From NCBI GenBank assembly GCA_900538885.1, contig UQAI01000001.1, forward strand, positions 25,862 to 89,861: a stretch of 64,000 nucleotides of DNA. The letters are read 5' to 3'. The stretch comes from an uncultured Mollicutes bacterium (GTDB taxonomy: Bacteria; Bacillota_I; Bacilli_A; ML615J-28; CAG-313). The notes beneath the pieces were generated by a model that saw nothing but the letters and a program-made list of their open reading frames with translations, was not told the DNA's origin and made no database searches. Below, one piece after another: positions 36,345 through 47,063 of this stretch. The position numbers and the translations under genes were made by a program. Positions within the stretch are counted from its first letter, which is position 1; each line of letters opens with the position of its first letter.

Positions 36345-37946
36345 GTGAGAAAACTAAAAAAATATGTTCCAACAAAGTTCAAAGCAAAAGACTCCACTTA
36401 CGATAAAGAAGCAGCTGATTTTGCAGTGAACTTCATTGAATGTTTATGTCATACAAAAGGAACGTGGGCTGGTGAGCCTTTTGAATTAATCGACTGGCAA
36501 GAACAAATAATAAGAGATCTCTTTGGAATTCTAAAACCAAATGGATATAGACAATTCAATACTGCTTATATTGAGATTCCAAAGAAACAAGGTAAGTCAG
36601 AACTTGCTGCAGCAGTAGCTTTACTCCTTACCTGTGGTGATGGTGAGGAAAGAGCTGAAGTTTATGGCTGTGCAGCCGATAGACAACAAGCATCAATCGT
36701 ATTTGAAGTTGCAGCGGATATGATAAGGATGTGTCCAGCTCTTAATAAAAGATGCAAAATACTAGCTGCAACAAAGAGAATAGTGTATTTACCTACAAAT
36801 AGTTTTTATCAGGTTTTGTCAGCTGAAGCATACTCGAAACATGGATTTAATATTCATGGTGTTGTCTTTGATGAGCTTCACACTCAACCAAATAGAAAAT
36901 TATTTGATGTTATGACTAAAGGTTCAGGCGACGCACGTATGCAACCTTTATATTTTTTAATAACAACTGCAGGAACTGATACTAAATCAATATGCTATGA
37001 AACACACCAAAAGGCAAAAGATATCATTGAAGGTAGAAAAAAGGACCCGACTTTCTATCCAGTAATATATGGAGCAGAGGTTGATGATGATTGGACTGAT
37101 CCTAAGGTTTGGAAGAAGGCAAATCCTAGTCTAGGAATAACAGTAGGTATTGATAAAGTTAAAGCTGCATGTGAGTCGGCAAAACAGAATCCAGCAGAAG
37201 AGAATTCATTCAGACAGCTTCGTCTAAACCAATGGGTAAAGCAAGCAGTCAGGTGGATGCCTATGGAAAAATGGGATGCTTGCTGCTTTGATTTTAATCC
37301 AGATGATTTAAAAGGTAGAGTTTGTTATGGCGGATTAGACTTATCATCAACAACCGATATTACAGCCTTTGTCTTAGTCTTTCCACCGACTGAAGAAGAT
37401 GAGCATTATTATGTCTTACCTTATTTCTGGATACCTGAGGATAATATGGATTTGAGAGTTGCAAAAGACCATGTTCCTTATGACTTATGGAATACACAAG
37501 GTTTCATTGAAACAACTGAAGGAAACGTAATTCATTATGCTTATATCGAACATTTCATTGAAGAATTAGGTCTTAAGTACAACATTAAAGAGATAGCTTT
37601 CGATAGATGGGGTGCTACAATGCTCGTTCAAAATCTAGAAGGTTTAGGATTTACTGTTGTTCCATTCGGTCAGGGCTTCAAAGATATGAGTCCACCAACG
37701 AAGGAACTAATGAATTTAGTTTTATCAAAAGAACTAAGACATAATGGTCAACCAGTCTTAAGGTGGATGATGGACAATGTGTGTGTAAGAACTGATCCTG
37801 CAGGAAATATCAAAATGGACAAGTCGAAGTCCACAGAAAAAATCGATGGTGCTGTGGCAACAGTTATGGCTCTAGATAGAGCAATAAGAAATAAAAATGG
37901 GACTTCTGATTCGGTATACGATTCAAGAGGTCTTTTATTTATCTAG
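36345..37946 (+). CDS. phage terminase large subunit
   Basis: 533 aa; ATPase Walker A/B (VFDELH) and C-terminal RNaseH-like nuclease; followed by the portal gene. Confidence 0.9.
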   Translation: MRKLKKYVPTKFKAKDSTYDKEAADFAVNFIECLCHTKGTWAGEPFELIDWQEQIIRDLFGILKPNGYRQFNTAYIEIPKKQGKSELAAAVALLLTCGDGEERAEVYGCAADRQQASIVFEVAADMIRMCPALNKRCKILAATKRIVYLPTNSFYQVLSAEAYSKHGFNIHGVVFDELHTQPNRKLFDVMTKGSGDARMQPLYFLITTAGTDTKSICYETHQKAKDIIEGRKKDPTFYPVIYGAEVDDDWTDPKVWKKANPSLGITVGIDKVKAACESAKQNPAEENSFRQLRLNQWVKQAVRWMPMEKWDACCFDFNPDDLKGRVCYGGLDLSSTTDITAFVLVFPPTEEDEHYYVLPYFWIPEDNMDLRVAKDHVPYDLWNTQGFIETTEGNVIHYAYIEHFIEELGLKYNIKEIAFDRWGATMLVQNLEGLGFTVVPFGQGFKDMSPPTKELMNLVLSKELRHNGQPVLRWMMDNVCVRTDPAGNIKMDKSKSTEKIDGAVATVMALDRAIRNKNGTSDSVYDSRGLLFI

Positions 37947-37956
37947 GAGGTAGCAA

Positions 37957-39273
37957 ATGGGATTATTTAAAAATCGATTTAAAGCAAGAGATCATCCTAA
38001 CGTAGAAAATAAAACAGTTGGAAGCTCCTATTCATTTTATATGGGTGGTTCAACTGCTGGTAAAAGCGTGAATGAACGAAGTGCAATGCAAATGACTGCT
38101 GTGTATGCTTGCGTGAGAATACTTTCTGAGGCAGTAGCAGGACTTCCATTACATTTATACCGCTACAAAGAAGATGGCGGAAAAGAAAAAGTAATCAATC
38201 ATTGTTTGTATCATCTTTTACATGATGAACCAAATAAAGAAATGAGTTCATTTATCTTTAGAGAAACATTAATGACTCACTTGCTTTTATGGGGTAATGC
38301 TTATGCACAAATCATCAGAAATGGAAAAGGTGAGATTATAGCTCTTTATCCGCTAATGCCAAATAAGATGAAAGTTGATAGAGGTGAAGATGGTGAACTT
38401 TACTATATTTATTCAAGAAGTACTGATGAAGCAAATGCCAAAGAAGATTCAACCGTTGTTTTAACTCCTCGTGAAGTATTGCACATTCCAGGACTTGGCT
38501 TTGATGGACTAGTTGGTTATTCACCAATTGCAATGGCTAAAAATGCAATAGGACTTGCAATTGCCACTGAAGAGTATGGTGCAAAATTCTTTGCAAATGG
38601 TGCAGCACCAAGTGGTGTACTAGAACATCCTGGAACCATAAAAGATCCTGCAAGATTAAGAGAAAATTGGAACTCCACCTTCGGTGGTTCTGCAAATTCT
38701 GGTAAGGTTGCAGTGCTTGAAGAAGGAATGAAATATACACCGATTTCTATATCTCCAGAACAAGCTCAGTTCTTGGAAACTAGAAAATTTCAAATAAACG
38801 AGATAGCTCGAATTTTTAGGATACCACCTCATATGGTTGGTGACCTTGAGAAGTCGAGCTTTTCTAATATAGAACAACAGTCTTTGGAGTTTGTGAAATA
38901 TACATTAGATCCTTGGATTATTCGTTGGGAACAAAGCCTATCTAGGTCTTTATTAACCCCAGATGAAAAGAAGACATACTTTTTCAAGTTCAATCTAGAA
39001 GGCTTGCTTCGTGGTGATTATGCATCTCGTATGAATGGATATGCAACCGCAAGACAAAATGGATGGATGTCAGCAAATGACATAAGAGAACTTGAGAACT
39101 TAGATAAGATTCCTGCTGAACTAGGTGGGGATTTATACCTAATTAACGGCAATATGCTTCCGCTTAATAACGCAGGAGCTTATGCAAATACAAATAAGGA
39201 GGAGGAAGCCGATGAAGAAGTTTTGGAATTGGAAAAATCAAGCGGAAACAGGCGAAAGAGTACTCGAACTTAA
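37957..39273 (+). CDS. phage portal protein (HK97/SPP1-like)
   Basis: 438 aa, position between TerL and prohead protease; portal-like conserved core. Confidence 0.85.
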   Translation: MGLFKNRFKARDHPNVENKTVGSSYSFYMGGSTAGKSVNERSAMQMTAVYACVRILSEAVAGLPLHLYRYKEDGGKEKVINHCLYHLLHDEPNKEMSSFIFRETLMTHLLLWGNAYAQIIRNGKGEIIALYPLMPNKMKVDRGEDGELYYIYSRSTDEANAKEDSTVVLTPREVLHIPGLGFDGLVGYSPIAMAKNAIGLAIATEEYGAKFFANGAAPSGVLEHPGTIKDPARLRENWNSTFGGSANSGKVAVLEEGMKYTPISISPEQAQFLETRKFQINEIARIFRIPPHMVGDLEKSSFSNIEQQSLEFVKYTLDPWIIRWEQSLSRSLLTPDEKKTYFFKFNLEGLLRGDYASRMNGYATARQNGWMSANDIRELENLDKIPAELGGDLYLINGNMLPLNNAGAYANTNKEEEADEEVLELEKSSGNRRKSTRT

Positions 39274-39916
39274 TGGAACGATAGCGGAGGAGTCATGGTT
39301 TGATGATGATATTACTCCACGAATGTTCAAAGAGGAACTCTTGTCAGGAAGTGGCCCAGTAACAATCTGGATTAATAGTCCTGGCGGAGACTGTATTGCT
39401 GCTTCACAGATTTATTCAATGCTAATGGATTATAAGGGTGAGATTACTGTCAAGATTGATGGTATTGCTGCAAGTGCTGCATCAGTAATTGCTATGGCAG
39501 GAACGAAAGTCATAATGGCACCTACTGCACTCTTAATGATTCACAATCCATCTACCACAGCTATGGGAGACCACAGAGATATGCAAAAGGCAATTGAGCT
39601 ATTAGATCAAGTAAAAGAATCAATCATCAATGCCTATGAAATCAAGACTGGAATGTCAAGAATTACCCTTAGTCACTTAATGGATGCGGAAACGTGGATG
39701 AATGCAAACAAAGCCATCGAGCTTAAATTTGCAGATGAAATTTTAGAGGACGATAAGAAGAAATCCTCTGATGTTAGTTTTGCATTTTCAGCTCATGAGT
39801 TTGCTACAAACTTGCTAAATAAAATCGCAAGTAAGGAAAGTACAGAGCCTATAAAGACTGGCAGAAAAGTCAGTGAGCTTAAAAACGAGCTTGCAAAAAT
39901 CAAAAAATTAATTTAA
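39212..39916 (+). CDS. ClpP-family prohead protease
   Basis: INSPGGDCIAASQIY...AASAASVIAMAG ClpP motifs; start ATG 39212 behind AAGGAGGAGG RBS. Confidence 0.8.
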   Translation: MKKFWNWKNQAETGERVLELNGTIAEESWFDDDITPRMFKEELLSGSGPVTIWINSPGGDCIAASQIYSMLMDYKGEITVKIDGIAASAASVIAMAGTKVIMAPTALLMIHNPSTTAMGDHRDMQKAIELLDQVKESIINAYEIKTGMSRITLSHLMDAETWMNANKAIELKFADEILEDDKKKSSDVSFAFSAHEFATNLLNKIASKESTEPIKTGRKVSELKNELAKIKKLI

Positions 39917-39931
39917 TGGAGGATAACGAAG

Positions 39932-41137
39932 ATGACTTTAAATGAAATGTTAGAGAAAAGAAAAAATCTCTTAAACACAATGGATGGGTTCTTAGAAACT
40001 CATAAAAACTCAAATGGTGCTTTATCTGTTGAGGATGATGCAACCTACTCAAAAATGGAAAAGGAATTCGATGAATTAACTGCTTCCATCACTCGTGCTC
40101 AAAGACGTGCAAATATGGAAATGGAAATGAACAAACCAGTAAATGCACCTATTACAGCAAAGCCTATGGTAATGACTGAACCAGAAGATAGTACAGGTAG
40201 AGCTTCAAAAGGCTATAAAAAGAACTTCTGGAATGCAATGAGAAGAAAACAAATGACACCAGAAATGGTAAATGCTCTTCAAATTGGAACTGATTCAGAA
40301 GGTGGATATCTTGTCCCTGATGAATATGAAAAGACTTTAGTTGAAGCATTGGAAGAAGAAAATATCTTCAGAAAATTAGCACACGTTATTAGTACTTCAT
40401 CTGGTGACCGTAAGATTCCAGTTGTTGCTTCTAAAGGTAGTGCTTCTTGGGTTGATGAAGAAGGAACAATTCCAGATAGCGATGATGCATTCAATCAAGT
40501 ATCTATTGGTGCGTATAAGCTTGGTACATTAATCAAAGTTTCAAATGAACTTTTGAACGACTCTGTATTTAATTTAGAATCATACATTTCAAAGGAATTT
40601 GCTAGACGTATTGGTTCTAAAGAAGAGGATGCATTCTTCAATGGTAATGGTACAGGAAAACCTGTAGGTATCTTCAACGCTACTGGTGGTGCTGAAGTTG
40701 GTGTTACAGCAGCAAGTGCTACAGCAATCACAGCAGATGAGATTATCGATTTATTCTATTCATTAAGAGCACCATATAGAAAGAATGCCGTATGGATTTT
40801 AAATGATGCAACTATCAAGGCGATTAGAAAACTTAAAGATAATAATGGTAACTACTTATGGCAACCATCATTAACTGCTGGTACACCAGATACTATTTTA
40901 GGTAGACCAGTTTATACTTCAAGCTATGTTCCAACTATAGCTGCTGGTGCAAAGACTATTGCTTTTGGTGATTTCTCATATTATTGGATTGCAGATAGAG
41001 CAGGTAGAAACTTCAAGAAATTAACTGAACTTTATGCAGCAAATGATCAAACTGGATTTGTTGCAACACAAAGAGTTGATGGTAAGTTAATCCTTCCTGA
41101 AGCAATCAAAGTTTTAAAGATGAAGGCAACTGCCTAA
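39932..41137 (+). CDS. major capsid protein (HK97 fold)
   Basis: 401 aa after the prohead protease; HK97-family MCP-like. Confidence 0.8.
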   Translation: MTLNEMLEKRKNLLNTMDGFLETHKNSNGALSVEDDATYSKMEKEFDELTASITRAQRRANMEMEMNKPVNAPITAKPMVMTEPEDSTGRASKGYKKNFWNAMRRKQMTPEMVNALQIGTDSEGGYLVPDEYEKTLVEALEEENIFRKLAHVISTSSGDRKIPVVASKGSASWVDEEGTIPDSDDAFNQVSIGAYKLGTLIKVSNELLNDSVFNLESYISKEFARRIGSKEEDAFFNGNGTGKPVGIFNATGGAEVGVTAASATAITADEIIDLFYSLRAPYRKNAVWILNDATIKAIRKLKDNNGNYLWQPSLTAGTPDTILGRPVYTSSYVPTIAAGAKTIAFGDFSYYWIADRAGRNFKKLTELYAANDQTGFVATQRVDGKLILPEAIKVLKMKATA

Positions 41138-41144
41138 TTAGTAA

Positions 41145-41477
41145 GTGGAGGTAGCAGTTATGACTGAAAATGAATTATTACAACAGGTGAAGGATAACTT
41201 AATCATTACATTCAACGACGATGACAGTCTGATTCAAAAGTTCATAGCTGCTGCCATCACCTATGCAGAGGAATATCAGCATAAAGACTCAGGTTATTAT
41301 AAGGAAAATGAAATGAGTGAAACTACTAGACAAGCAATCATTATGCTTGCAAGTCATTTTTATGAAAGTAGAGATGGTTCAACTGGTGGTTTCTTTGCCG
41401 ATAATACTAATGCAGCAAACAATGTATGGTTAACAGTCAATAGATTACTACTTTTGAATAAGGAGTGGAGGGTATGA
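41145..41477 (+). CDS. head-tail connector (gp6-like)
   Basis: 110 aa, conserved position after the capsid gene. Confidence 0.55.
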   Translation: MEVAVMTENELLQQVKDNLIITFNDDDSLIQKFIAAAITYAEEYQHKDSGYYKENEMSETTRQAIIMLASHFYESRDGSTGGFFADNTNAANNVWLTVNRLLLLNKEWRV

Positions 41478-41808
41478 GTTTAGGATTAATGAACAAGCCT
41501 GCAAAACTCTATGAGAAGGTTCCTAATATCGATTCTGAGGGCTTTTCTGGGCGCACTGTGGCCTTTGTTTCTGATATTCGAGTGTTTTTGAAGGAAGGCA
41601 TGGAAGCGAACGTTGGGCGAATTTAGCGGCTTTCTCGGAAGCAACTGAACTCTTTAGATTTAGAGCAATTCCAGGAGTTGAAGTTACTACTAAACATTTC
41701 ATCCTTTATGGAGGTAATGAATACAACATTCTATCTGTTGAAAATGTAAAAGGTAGGAATATGTATGTTGAAGTTTTAGCAAAAAGGGTGGTGGCATCCA
41801 ATGGCTAA
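41474..41808 (+). pseudogene. head-tail adaptor / head-closure protein (Phage_H_T_join-like) split by a frameshift
   Basis: 51-aa fragment stops at 41624-41626; a second fragment in another frame reads through to the stop at 41806-41808 and carries the conserved WA...RFR...YNILSVEN family motifs. Confidence 0.45.
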
Positions 41809-42214
41809 GTGTATTTGTAAGATGCCAGAAGATCTTTTGAAAAAACTATCAAGGCTTGGAAACAAGATGGATTCTATAACTGAAGAGGTTCTTCAAGTGG
41901 GCGGTGAGGTTGTCTTGGATAAAGTCAAATCTAATCTCGAAGGAGTGCTAAGCGGTGAATCAACTGGTGAACTTGCTTCATCATTAGGTCTATCAAAAGT
42001 ACTTATCGGTAAAGATGGTAATGCCAATATTAAAGTTGGTTTTGTTGAGCCAAGAAGTGACGGAAAGTCCAATGCAATGATAGCCAACATCATCGAATAT
42101 GGAAAAGCAGGACAACCTGCTAAGCCGTTTTTAAAGCCTGCGAAAACATCATCAAAAAAGCCATGCATTGATGCAATGACTAAAAAACTAGAGGAGGAAA
42201 TAAAGAAGGCATGA
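41801..42214 (+). CDS. tail-component protein (HK97 gp10-like)
   Basis: 137 aa in the head-tail joining module. Confidence 0.45.
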   Translation: MAKCICKMPEDLLKKLSRLGNKMDSITEEVLQVGGEVVLDKVKSNLEGVLSGESTGELASSLGLSKVLIGKDGNANIKVGFVEPRSDGKSNAMIANIIEYGKAGQPAKPFLKPAKTSSKKPCIDAMTKKLEEEIKKA

Positions 42215-42561
42215 ACATATTAGCTCAAGTTAACTTACTCTTATCTAGATTAAGCATTCCTGTAGAAACAGGATCAATGAAACAGGCTACAAGTGACAAA
42301 TATATTGTGCTTGTACCTTTAGCTGATTCTTACCCAGTTTCTGCTGATAATTTACCTATCGCAGATGTGCAAGAATTAAGAATCACGATTTTCTCTAAAG
42401 AGAATTATATAAAACTTAAAAACCAGATTATTTCAATACTTCTAAGCAATGATTTTTGCATAACGGAGAGAAAATACAATGGTTATGATGCTGATACAGG
42501 CTACTATCAGTACACAATAGACGTAGCCAAAAATTATGAAATTGAGGAGGATATTTACTAA
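42211..42561 (+). CDS. tail completion / tail terminator-like protein
   Basis: 116 aa, immediately upstream of the major tail gene. Confidence 0.4.
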   Translation: MNILAQVNLLLSRLSIPVETGSMKQATSDKYIVLVPLADSYPVSADNLPIADVQELRITIFSKENYIKLKNQIISILLSNDFCITERKYNGYDADTGYYQYTIDVAKNYEIEEDIY

Positions 42562-43151
42562 TGGCAACAATTGGTTTAGACAAATTATTTTATGCTTCCA
42601 TCACTGAAGATAAGGATGGAAACGAAACATACGGTACTCCAGTTCAACTTGCAAAGGCTATCTCTGCTGATTTAAGTGTTGAACTTAATGAAGCAACTTT
42701 ATTTGCTGATGATGGCCAAGCTGAAGCTGTAAAAGAGTTCAAGAGCGGTACTTTATCATTAGGAGTTGATGATATTGGTACTGAGGCTGCTGCAGGATTA
42801 GTTGGCGCAACAGTCGATAAAAATGGTGTATTAGTCTCTGGGGGAGAGGATGCAGCAAAGCCTGTAGCTATTGGTTTCAGAGCAAAAAAATCAAATGGAA
42901 AATATAAGTACTATTGGCTTTATAAAGTCTTGTTTGGTGTTCCTGCTACAAACCTTGCTACTAAAGGTGATTCCATTACTTTTTCAACTCCAACAATTGA
43001 AGGAACAATCTTCAGAAGAAATAAGGTTGATGGTAAGAATAATCATCCTTGGAAAGCAGAGGTCACTGAATCCGACACTAATCAAAGTGTAATCAGCAAA
43101 TGGTACACAGAAGTTTATGAACCTGTTTATACGGACGGAGGTAGCATCTAA
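42561..43151 (+). CDS. major tail protein
   Basis: 196 aa, followed by the chaperone pair and tape measure gene (canonical order). Confidence 0.65.
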   Translation: MATIGLDKLFYASITEDKDGNETYGTPVQLAKAISADLSVELNEATLFADDGQAEAVKEFKSGTLSLGVDDIGTEAAAGLVGATVDKNGVLVSGGEDAAKPVAIGFRAKKSNGKYKYYWLYKVLFGVPATNLATKGDSITFSTPTIEGTIFRRNKVDGKNNHPWKAEVTESDTNQSVISKWYTEVYEPVYTDGGSI

Positions 43152-43531
43152 TGGCTGATGAAAGAAGTGCAGTTATCAAAATTGGTGATAATGAATATGA
43201 GTTGCTTTTAACCACTAAGGCAACAAAAGAGATTGCTAAAAAGTATGGTGGTCTTGCAGATTTAGGTGATAAGCTCATCAAAAATGAAAAATATGAGGAT
43301 GCAATTAATGAAATTGTATGGCTTATTGTAACTTTAGCTAATCAACCAATACTAATTCATAACTTCAAAAATAAAGACGATATAAAACCACTTTTAACAG
43401 AGGATGAAGTTGAACTATTAACTACACCTACCGATTTGGCTCTATATAAAAATGCGATCACAGAAGCACTTTATAAAGGCACAAAAAGGAATGTTGAGAG
43501 TGAAGAAACAAAAAACGCAGTGGGCGAGTAA
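43151..43531 (+). CDS. tail assembly chaperone (G-like)
   Basis: 126 aa between major tail and tape measure genes. Confidence 0.6.
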   Translation: MADERSAVIKIGDNEYELLLTTKATKEIAKKYGGLADLGDKLIKNEKYEDAINEIVWLIVTLANQPILIHNFKNKDDIKPLLTEDEVELLTTPTDLALYKNAITEALYKGTKRNVESEETKNAVGE

Positions 43532-43719
43532 GTGACGAAGAGTTGTTTACTCGTCTTTTATATTACGGCTTGAGTCAACTTCATTTATCGCAAGATGAGA
43601 TTTGGTTCATGCCTTTTGGTCTGCTTTTAGATTTATGGGAATGCCATAAACAATATAACGGTATTTCAAAACCTAAAGTAGAACATTTTATTGATGATGT
43701 TATACCAGATGGAATTTAA
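43151..43719 (+). CDS. tail assembly chaperone frameshift product (G-T-like) via programmed -1 frameshift at A_AAA_AAC (43510-43516)
   Basis: slippery heptamer in the zero frame 15 nt before the stop; the -1 frame stays open for 62 more codons to TAA 43717-43719. Confidence 0.55.
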
Positions 43720-43734
43720 AAGGAGGTGAACGCA

Positions 43735-46338
43735 ATGGCAGATAATTTTGGATTGAAAATCGGTCTTGAAGGTGAAAAGGAGTTCAAGGCTTCACTTGCT
43801 CAAATCAACCAGTCTTTCAAAGTTCTAGGTTCAGAAATGAAACTTGTCGATTCTCAATTTGATAAAAACGACACCTCAGTTCAAGCACTTACTGCTAGAA
43901 ATGGTGTACTTGAAAAATCAATAGAATCACAAAAAGCAAAAATAGATGTATTGCGTTCAGCTTTAAATAATGCAGCTGAGTCATTTGGTGAGAATGACAA
44001 AAGAACTCAAAACTGGCAAATTCAACTAAATAACGCTCAAGCAGAACTTAACAAAATGGAAAAAGAACTCAAAGAGAATAAATCGGCTCTTGAGTCGACT
44101 GGTGATGAAATGGATAAAACCAAGAAATCAGCAGATAAAATGGGCGATGAAATTGAAGATGCTGGGGAACAAGCAGATGATTCATCTTCAAAAATGGAAG
44201 CGTTAGGCTCTGTTTGTAAGGCAGCGAGTGTTGCTATGGCTGCGGCATTTGCGGCGGTTACAGCGGCTGCTGTGGCGGCAGGGAAGGCCTTAGTTGATAT
44301 GACTAAAGAAGGCGCAACTTATGCTGATTCAGTTTTAACTCAAAGTACAGTTACAGGTATTTCAACTGAGAAACTGCAAGAATATATGTATGCAGCAGAA
44401 CTTGTGGATGTCTCTGTAGAAACTCTTACAGGTTCGATGAAGAAAAATATCAACGCTATGAAAAAAGCTCAAGAAGGCTCATCTACTTATGTTGAAGCCT
44501 ATGAGAAACTTGGCGTTGAGGTAATGAATGCTGATGGAACTTTACGCGATAGTGAAGAAGTCTACTGGGAGATTATTGAAGCATTAGGAAAAGTTGAAAA
44601 CGAAACTGAACGTGATGCGCTTGCTATGGCTCTTCTTGGAAAGTCTGCGACTGACCTTAATCCATTGATTGAGGCTGGCTCAGAAAAGATGGAAGAGTTA
44701 GCTGATAAAGCACATGATGCAGGATACGTAATGAGTGATGAGATGTTATCAGCTTATGGAAAATTAGATGATCAGCTTCAATATTTAAGTGTTGGAACCA
44801 CAGCTATGAAGAATGCACTAGGTACCATTTTGCTACCTATTCTTACTGATTTGGCAACTGATGGTGTATCTTTACTAGGTGAGTTTACCAATGGTATAAG
44901 AGAATGTAATGGCGATATTTCAAAGATGTCAGGTGTCATCAGTGAGGTTTTACCAAAATTTCTGAATATGATTTTACAATATATCCCTCAAATAATGGAC
45001 CTTGCTATGAGCATAGTCTCATCAATTGGAACAGCTATAATGGATAACCTTGATATCATAATTGACACTGCTTCAAAGATCGTTTTATCACTATTAAATG
45101 GATTGATTTCAGCTTTACCAAAAATAGCAGAAGGAGCATTAAAACTAGTACTTACTTTAGTAAAAGGACTGATTGCTAATCTTCCAAAAATACTTCAAGC
45201 AGCAGTTCAAGTAGTAGTAACTTTAGCAAAAGGAATAGCGGATGCTTTACCAGAACTAGTTCCAACTATTGTGAGTGTAGTTGTTGAACTATGTCAAACA
45301 TTGGTGGACAATCTTCCGCTTATTTTAGATGCAGCATTGCAACTTATTACAGGACTTGCTGAGGGATTATTAGAAGCAATACCAATATTATTAGAGGCTC
45401 TTCCTGAGCTGATTATTTCTATTGTGGATTTCTTAGTTGGTTCAATTCCTCAGATTATCGAAACTGGTATCACGCTATTTACAAGTATAATTGATGCTCT
45501 TCCTGAGATTATTCAAACAATCAATACAGCAATTCCTCAAATTATTAATGGAATAATAACTGCTATTGTTGAGAGTTTGCCACTTATCATTCAAGCTGGA
45601 ATGAATCTATTTACTTCTTTAATTCAAGCCTTACCAGAGATTATTGAAATGATACTAACTGCAATACCTACGATTATTAGTTCAATAATCAATGCATTAA
45701 TAAGCAATTTGCCACTTTTAATAAATGCTGGTATTCAACTTTTTACCTCATTAATAACTAACTTACCAACGATTATTATTGAAATAGTTAAGGCAGTACC
45801 ACAAATCTTATCTTCTATAATAAACGGCTTTGCTGCAGGCTTTTCTCAAATGGCTGATGTGGGTAAAAACCTCGTCAAAGGTCTATGGGAAGGTATCCAA
45901 AGTTTAGCAGGTTGGATATGGGATAAAGTTTCAAGTTGGGCTTCTGACTTATGGAGTGGAATTAAAAACTTCTTTGGTATTCACTCTCCTTCAAAGAAGA
46001 TGTCATGGATTGGTGACATGTTAATGGAAGGTTTAGCTGGAGGTATTGATGAAAGTGCATCAGATGTTATTGATTCAGCAAACGCAATGACAAAGGATCT
46101 TAATTCTGTTTTTAATGATTTATCAGCAGATATGAGTGGTGTTCCTACTAACTTCAATGTTTCAAGCACTACAGGAACAATAAGAGAAGGTTTGAATCAA
46201 GCATCAGGTGGTTTAACTTTGCAATTATCTATTGAGAATTTTAACAACTATTCTAGTGAGGATATTAATAGCCTTACAGAAGAAATAATGGAAACTGCAG
46301 CAAGTTTTACAAGAAGGAAAGGAGTGATATACGGATGA
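43735..46338 (+). CDS. tail tape measure protein
   Basis: ~870 aa, coiled-coil N-terminus, long A/I/L-rich repeats; AAGGAGG RBS. Confidence 0.85.
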   Translation: MADNFGLKIGLEGEKEFKASLAQINQSFKVLGSEMKLVDSQFDKNDTSVQALTARNGVLEKSIESQKAKIDVLRSALNNAAESFGENDKRTQNWQIQLNNAQAELNKMEKELKENKSALESTGDEMDKTKKSADKMGDEIEDAGEQADDSSSKMEALGSVCKAASVAMAAAFAAVTAAAVAAGKALVDMTKEGATYADSVLTQSTVTGISTEKLQEYMYAAELVDVSVETLTGSMKKNINAMKKAQEGSSTYVEAYEKLGVEVMNADGTLRDSEEVYWEIIEALGKVENETERDALAMALLGKSATDLNPLIEAGSEKMEELADKAHDAGYVMSDEMLSAYGKLDDQLQYLSVGTTAMKNALGTILLPILTDLATDGVSLLGEFTNGIRECNGDISKMSGVISEVLPKFLNMILQYIPQIMDLAMSIVSSIGTAIMDNLDIIIDTASKIVLSLLNGLISALPKIAEGALKLVLTLVKGLIANLPKILQAAVQVVVTLAKGIADALPELVPTIVSVVVELCQTLVDNLPLILDAALQLITGLAEGLLEAIPILLEALPELIISIVDFLVGSIPQIIETGITLFTSIIDALPEIIQTINTAIPQIINGIITAIVESLPLIIQAGMNLFTSLIQALPEIIEMILTAIPTIISSIINALISNLPLLINAGIQLFTSLITNLPTIIIEIVKAVPQILSSIINGFAAGFSQMADVGKNLVKGLWEGIQSLAGWIWDKVSSWASDLWSGIKNFFGIHSPSKKMSWIGDMLMEGLAGGIDESASDVIDSANAMTKDLNSVFNDLSADMSGVPTNFNVSSTTGTIREGLNQASGGLTLQLSIENFNNYSSEDINSLTEEIMETAASFTRRKGVIYG

Positions 46339-47063
46339 GCTACTTCATTTATAACGGAATAAAATCATCGGACTTGGGTGTATTTATTCAAAATAAAAAT
46401 ATATTTTCAAGTCCTAAATATGATGCAAGTTTTGTATCTATCCCAGGGAAAAATGGAGATTTGATTTCTTCAAATAGTAGGTATCTTAATTCATCTGTTT
46501 CCTATACTTGTTTTATTGCTGCAAAATCCATAGAAGAATTAGCTAATAAAGTTACTCTAGTGAAGAATTGGCTATATAAGGAGCCAGATAAATACCACGA
46601 TTTAAGAGATAGCTATGATGTAAGTTTCAAACGAAAAGCTGTCTTTAATAGTAAATTAGATATTTCTGATGAGGTGAATAAAATAGGAACATTTACTGTT
46701 GTTTTTTCTTGTAAACCTCAAAGATATCTTATTTCAACTCTTGAAAAAGAAACTTATACTGAAGAATTTGTTGTTAACAACCCATATTCGCTTAGTGCAA
46801 AACCATATTTGAAGATTTATGGTAGTGGAGACATTACTCTTACGATAAGCTCTCCTGGAATCAATAAGATCTGGATAATGAAAGATGTTGAAGACTTTAT
46901 TGAATGCGATTCTGAAACTATGAACTTTTATAAGGATACCGAACTACAAAATAGCAAAGTGACTGGTGATGATTTTCCAGAATTATATACTGGCGAAAAC
47001 TCCATAGCCTGGAAAGGTGAAGTAACTAAGGTTGAAATCATCAAAAGGCTGGTGAGCTTATGA
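46335..47063 (+). CDS. distal tail protein (Dit)
   Basis: 242 aa directly after the tape measure gene. Confidence 0.55.
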   Translation: MSYFIYNGIKSSDLGVFIQNKNIFSSPKYDASFVSIPGKNGDLISSNSRYLNSSVSYTCFIAAKSIEELANKVTLVKNWLYKEPDKYHDLRDSYDVSFKRKAVFNSKLDISDEVNKIGTFTVVFSCKPQRYLISTLEKETYTEEFVVNNPYSLSAKPYLKIYGSGDITLTISSPGINKIWIMKDVEDFIECDSETMNFYKDTELQNSKVTGDDFPELYTGENSIAWKGEVTKVEIIKRLVSL

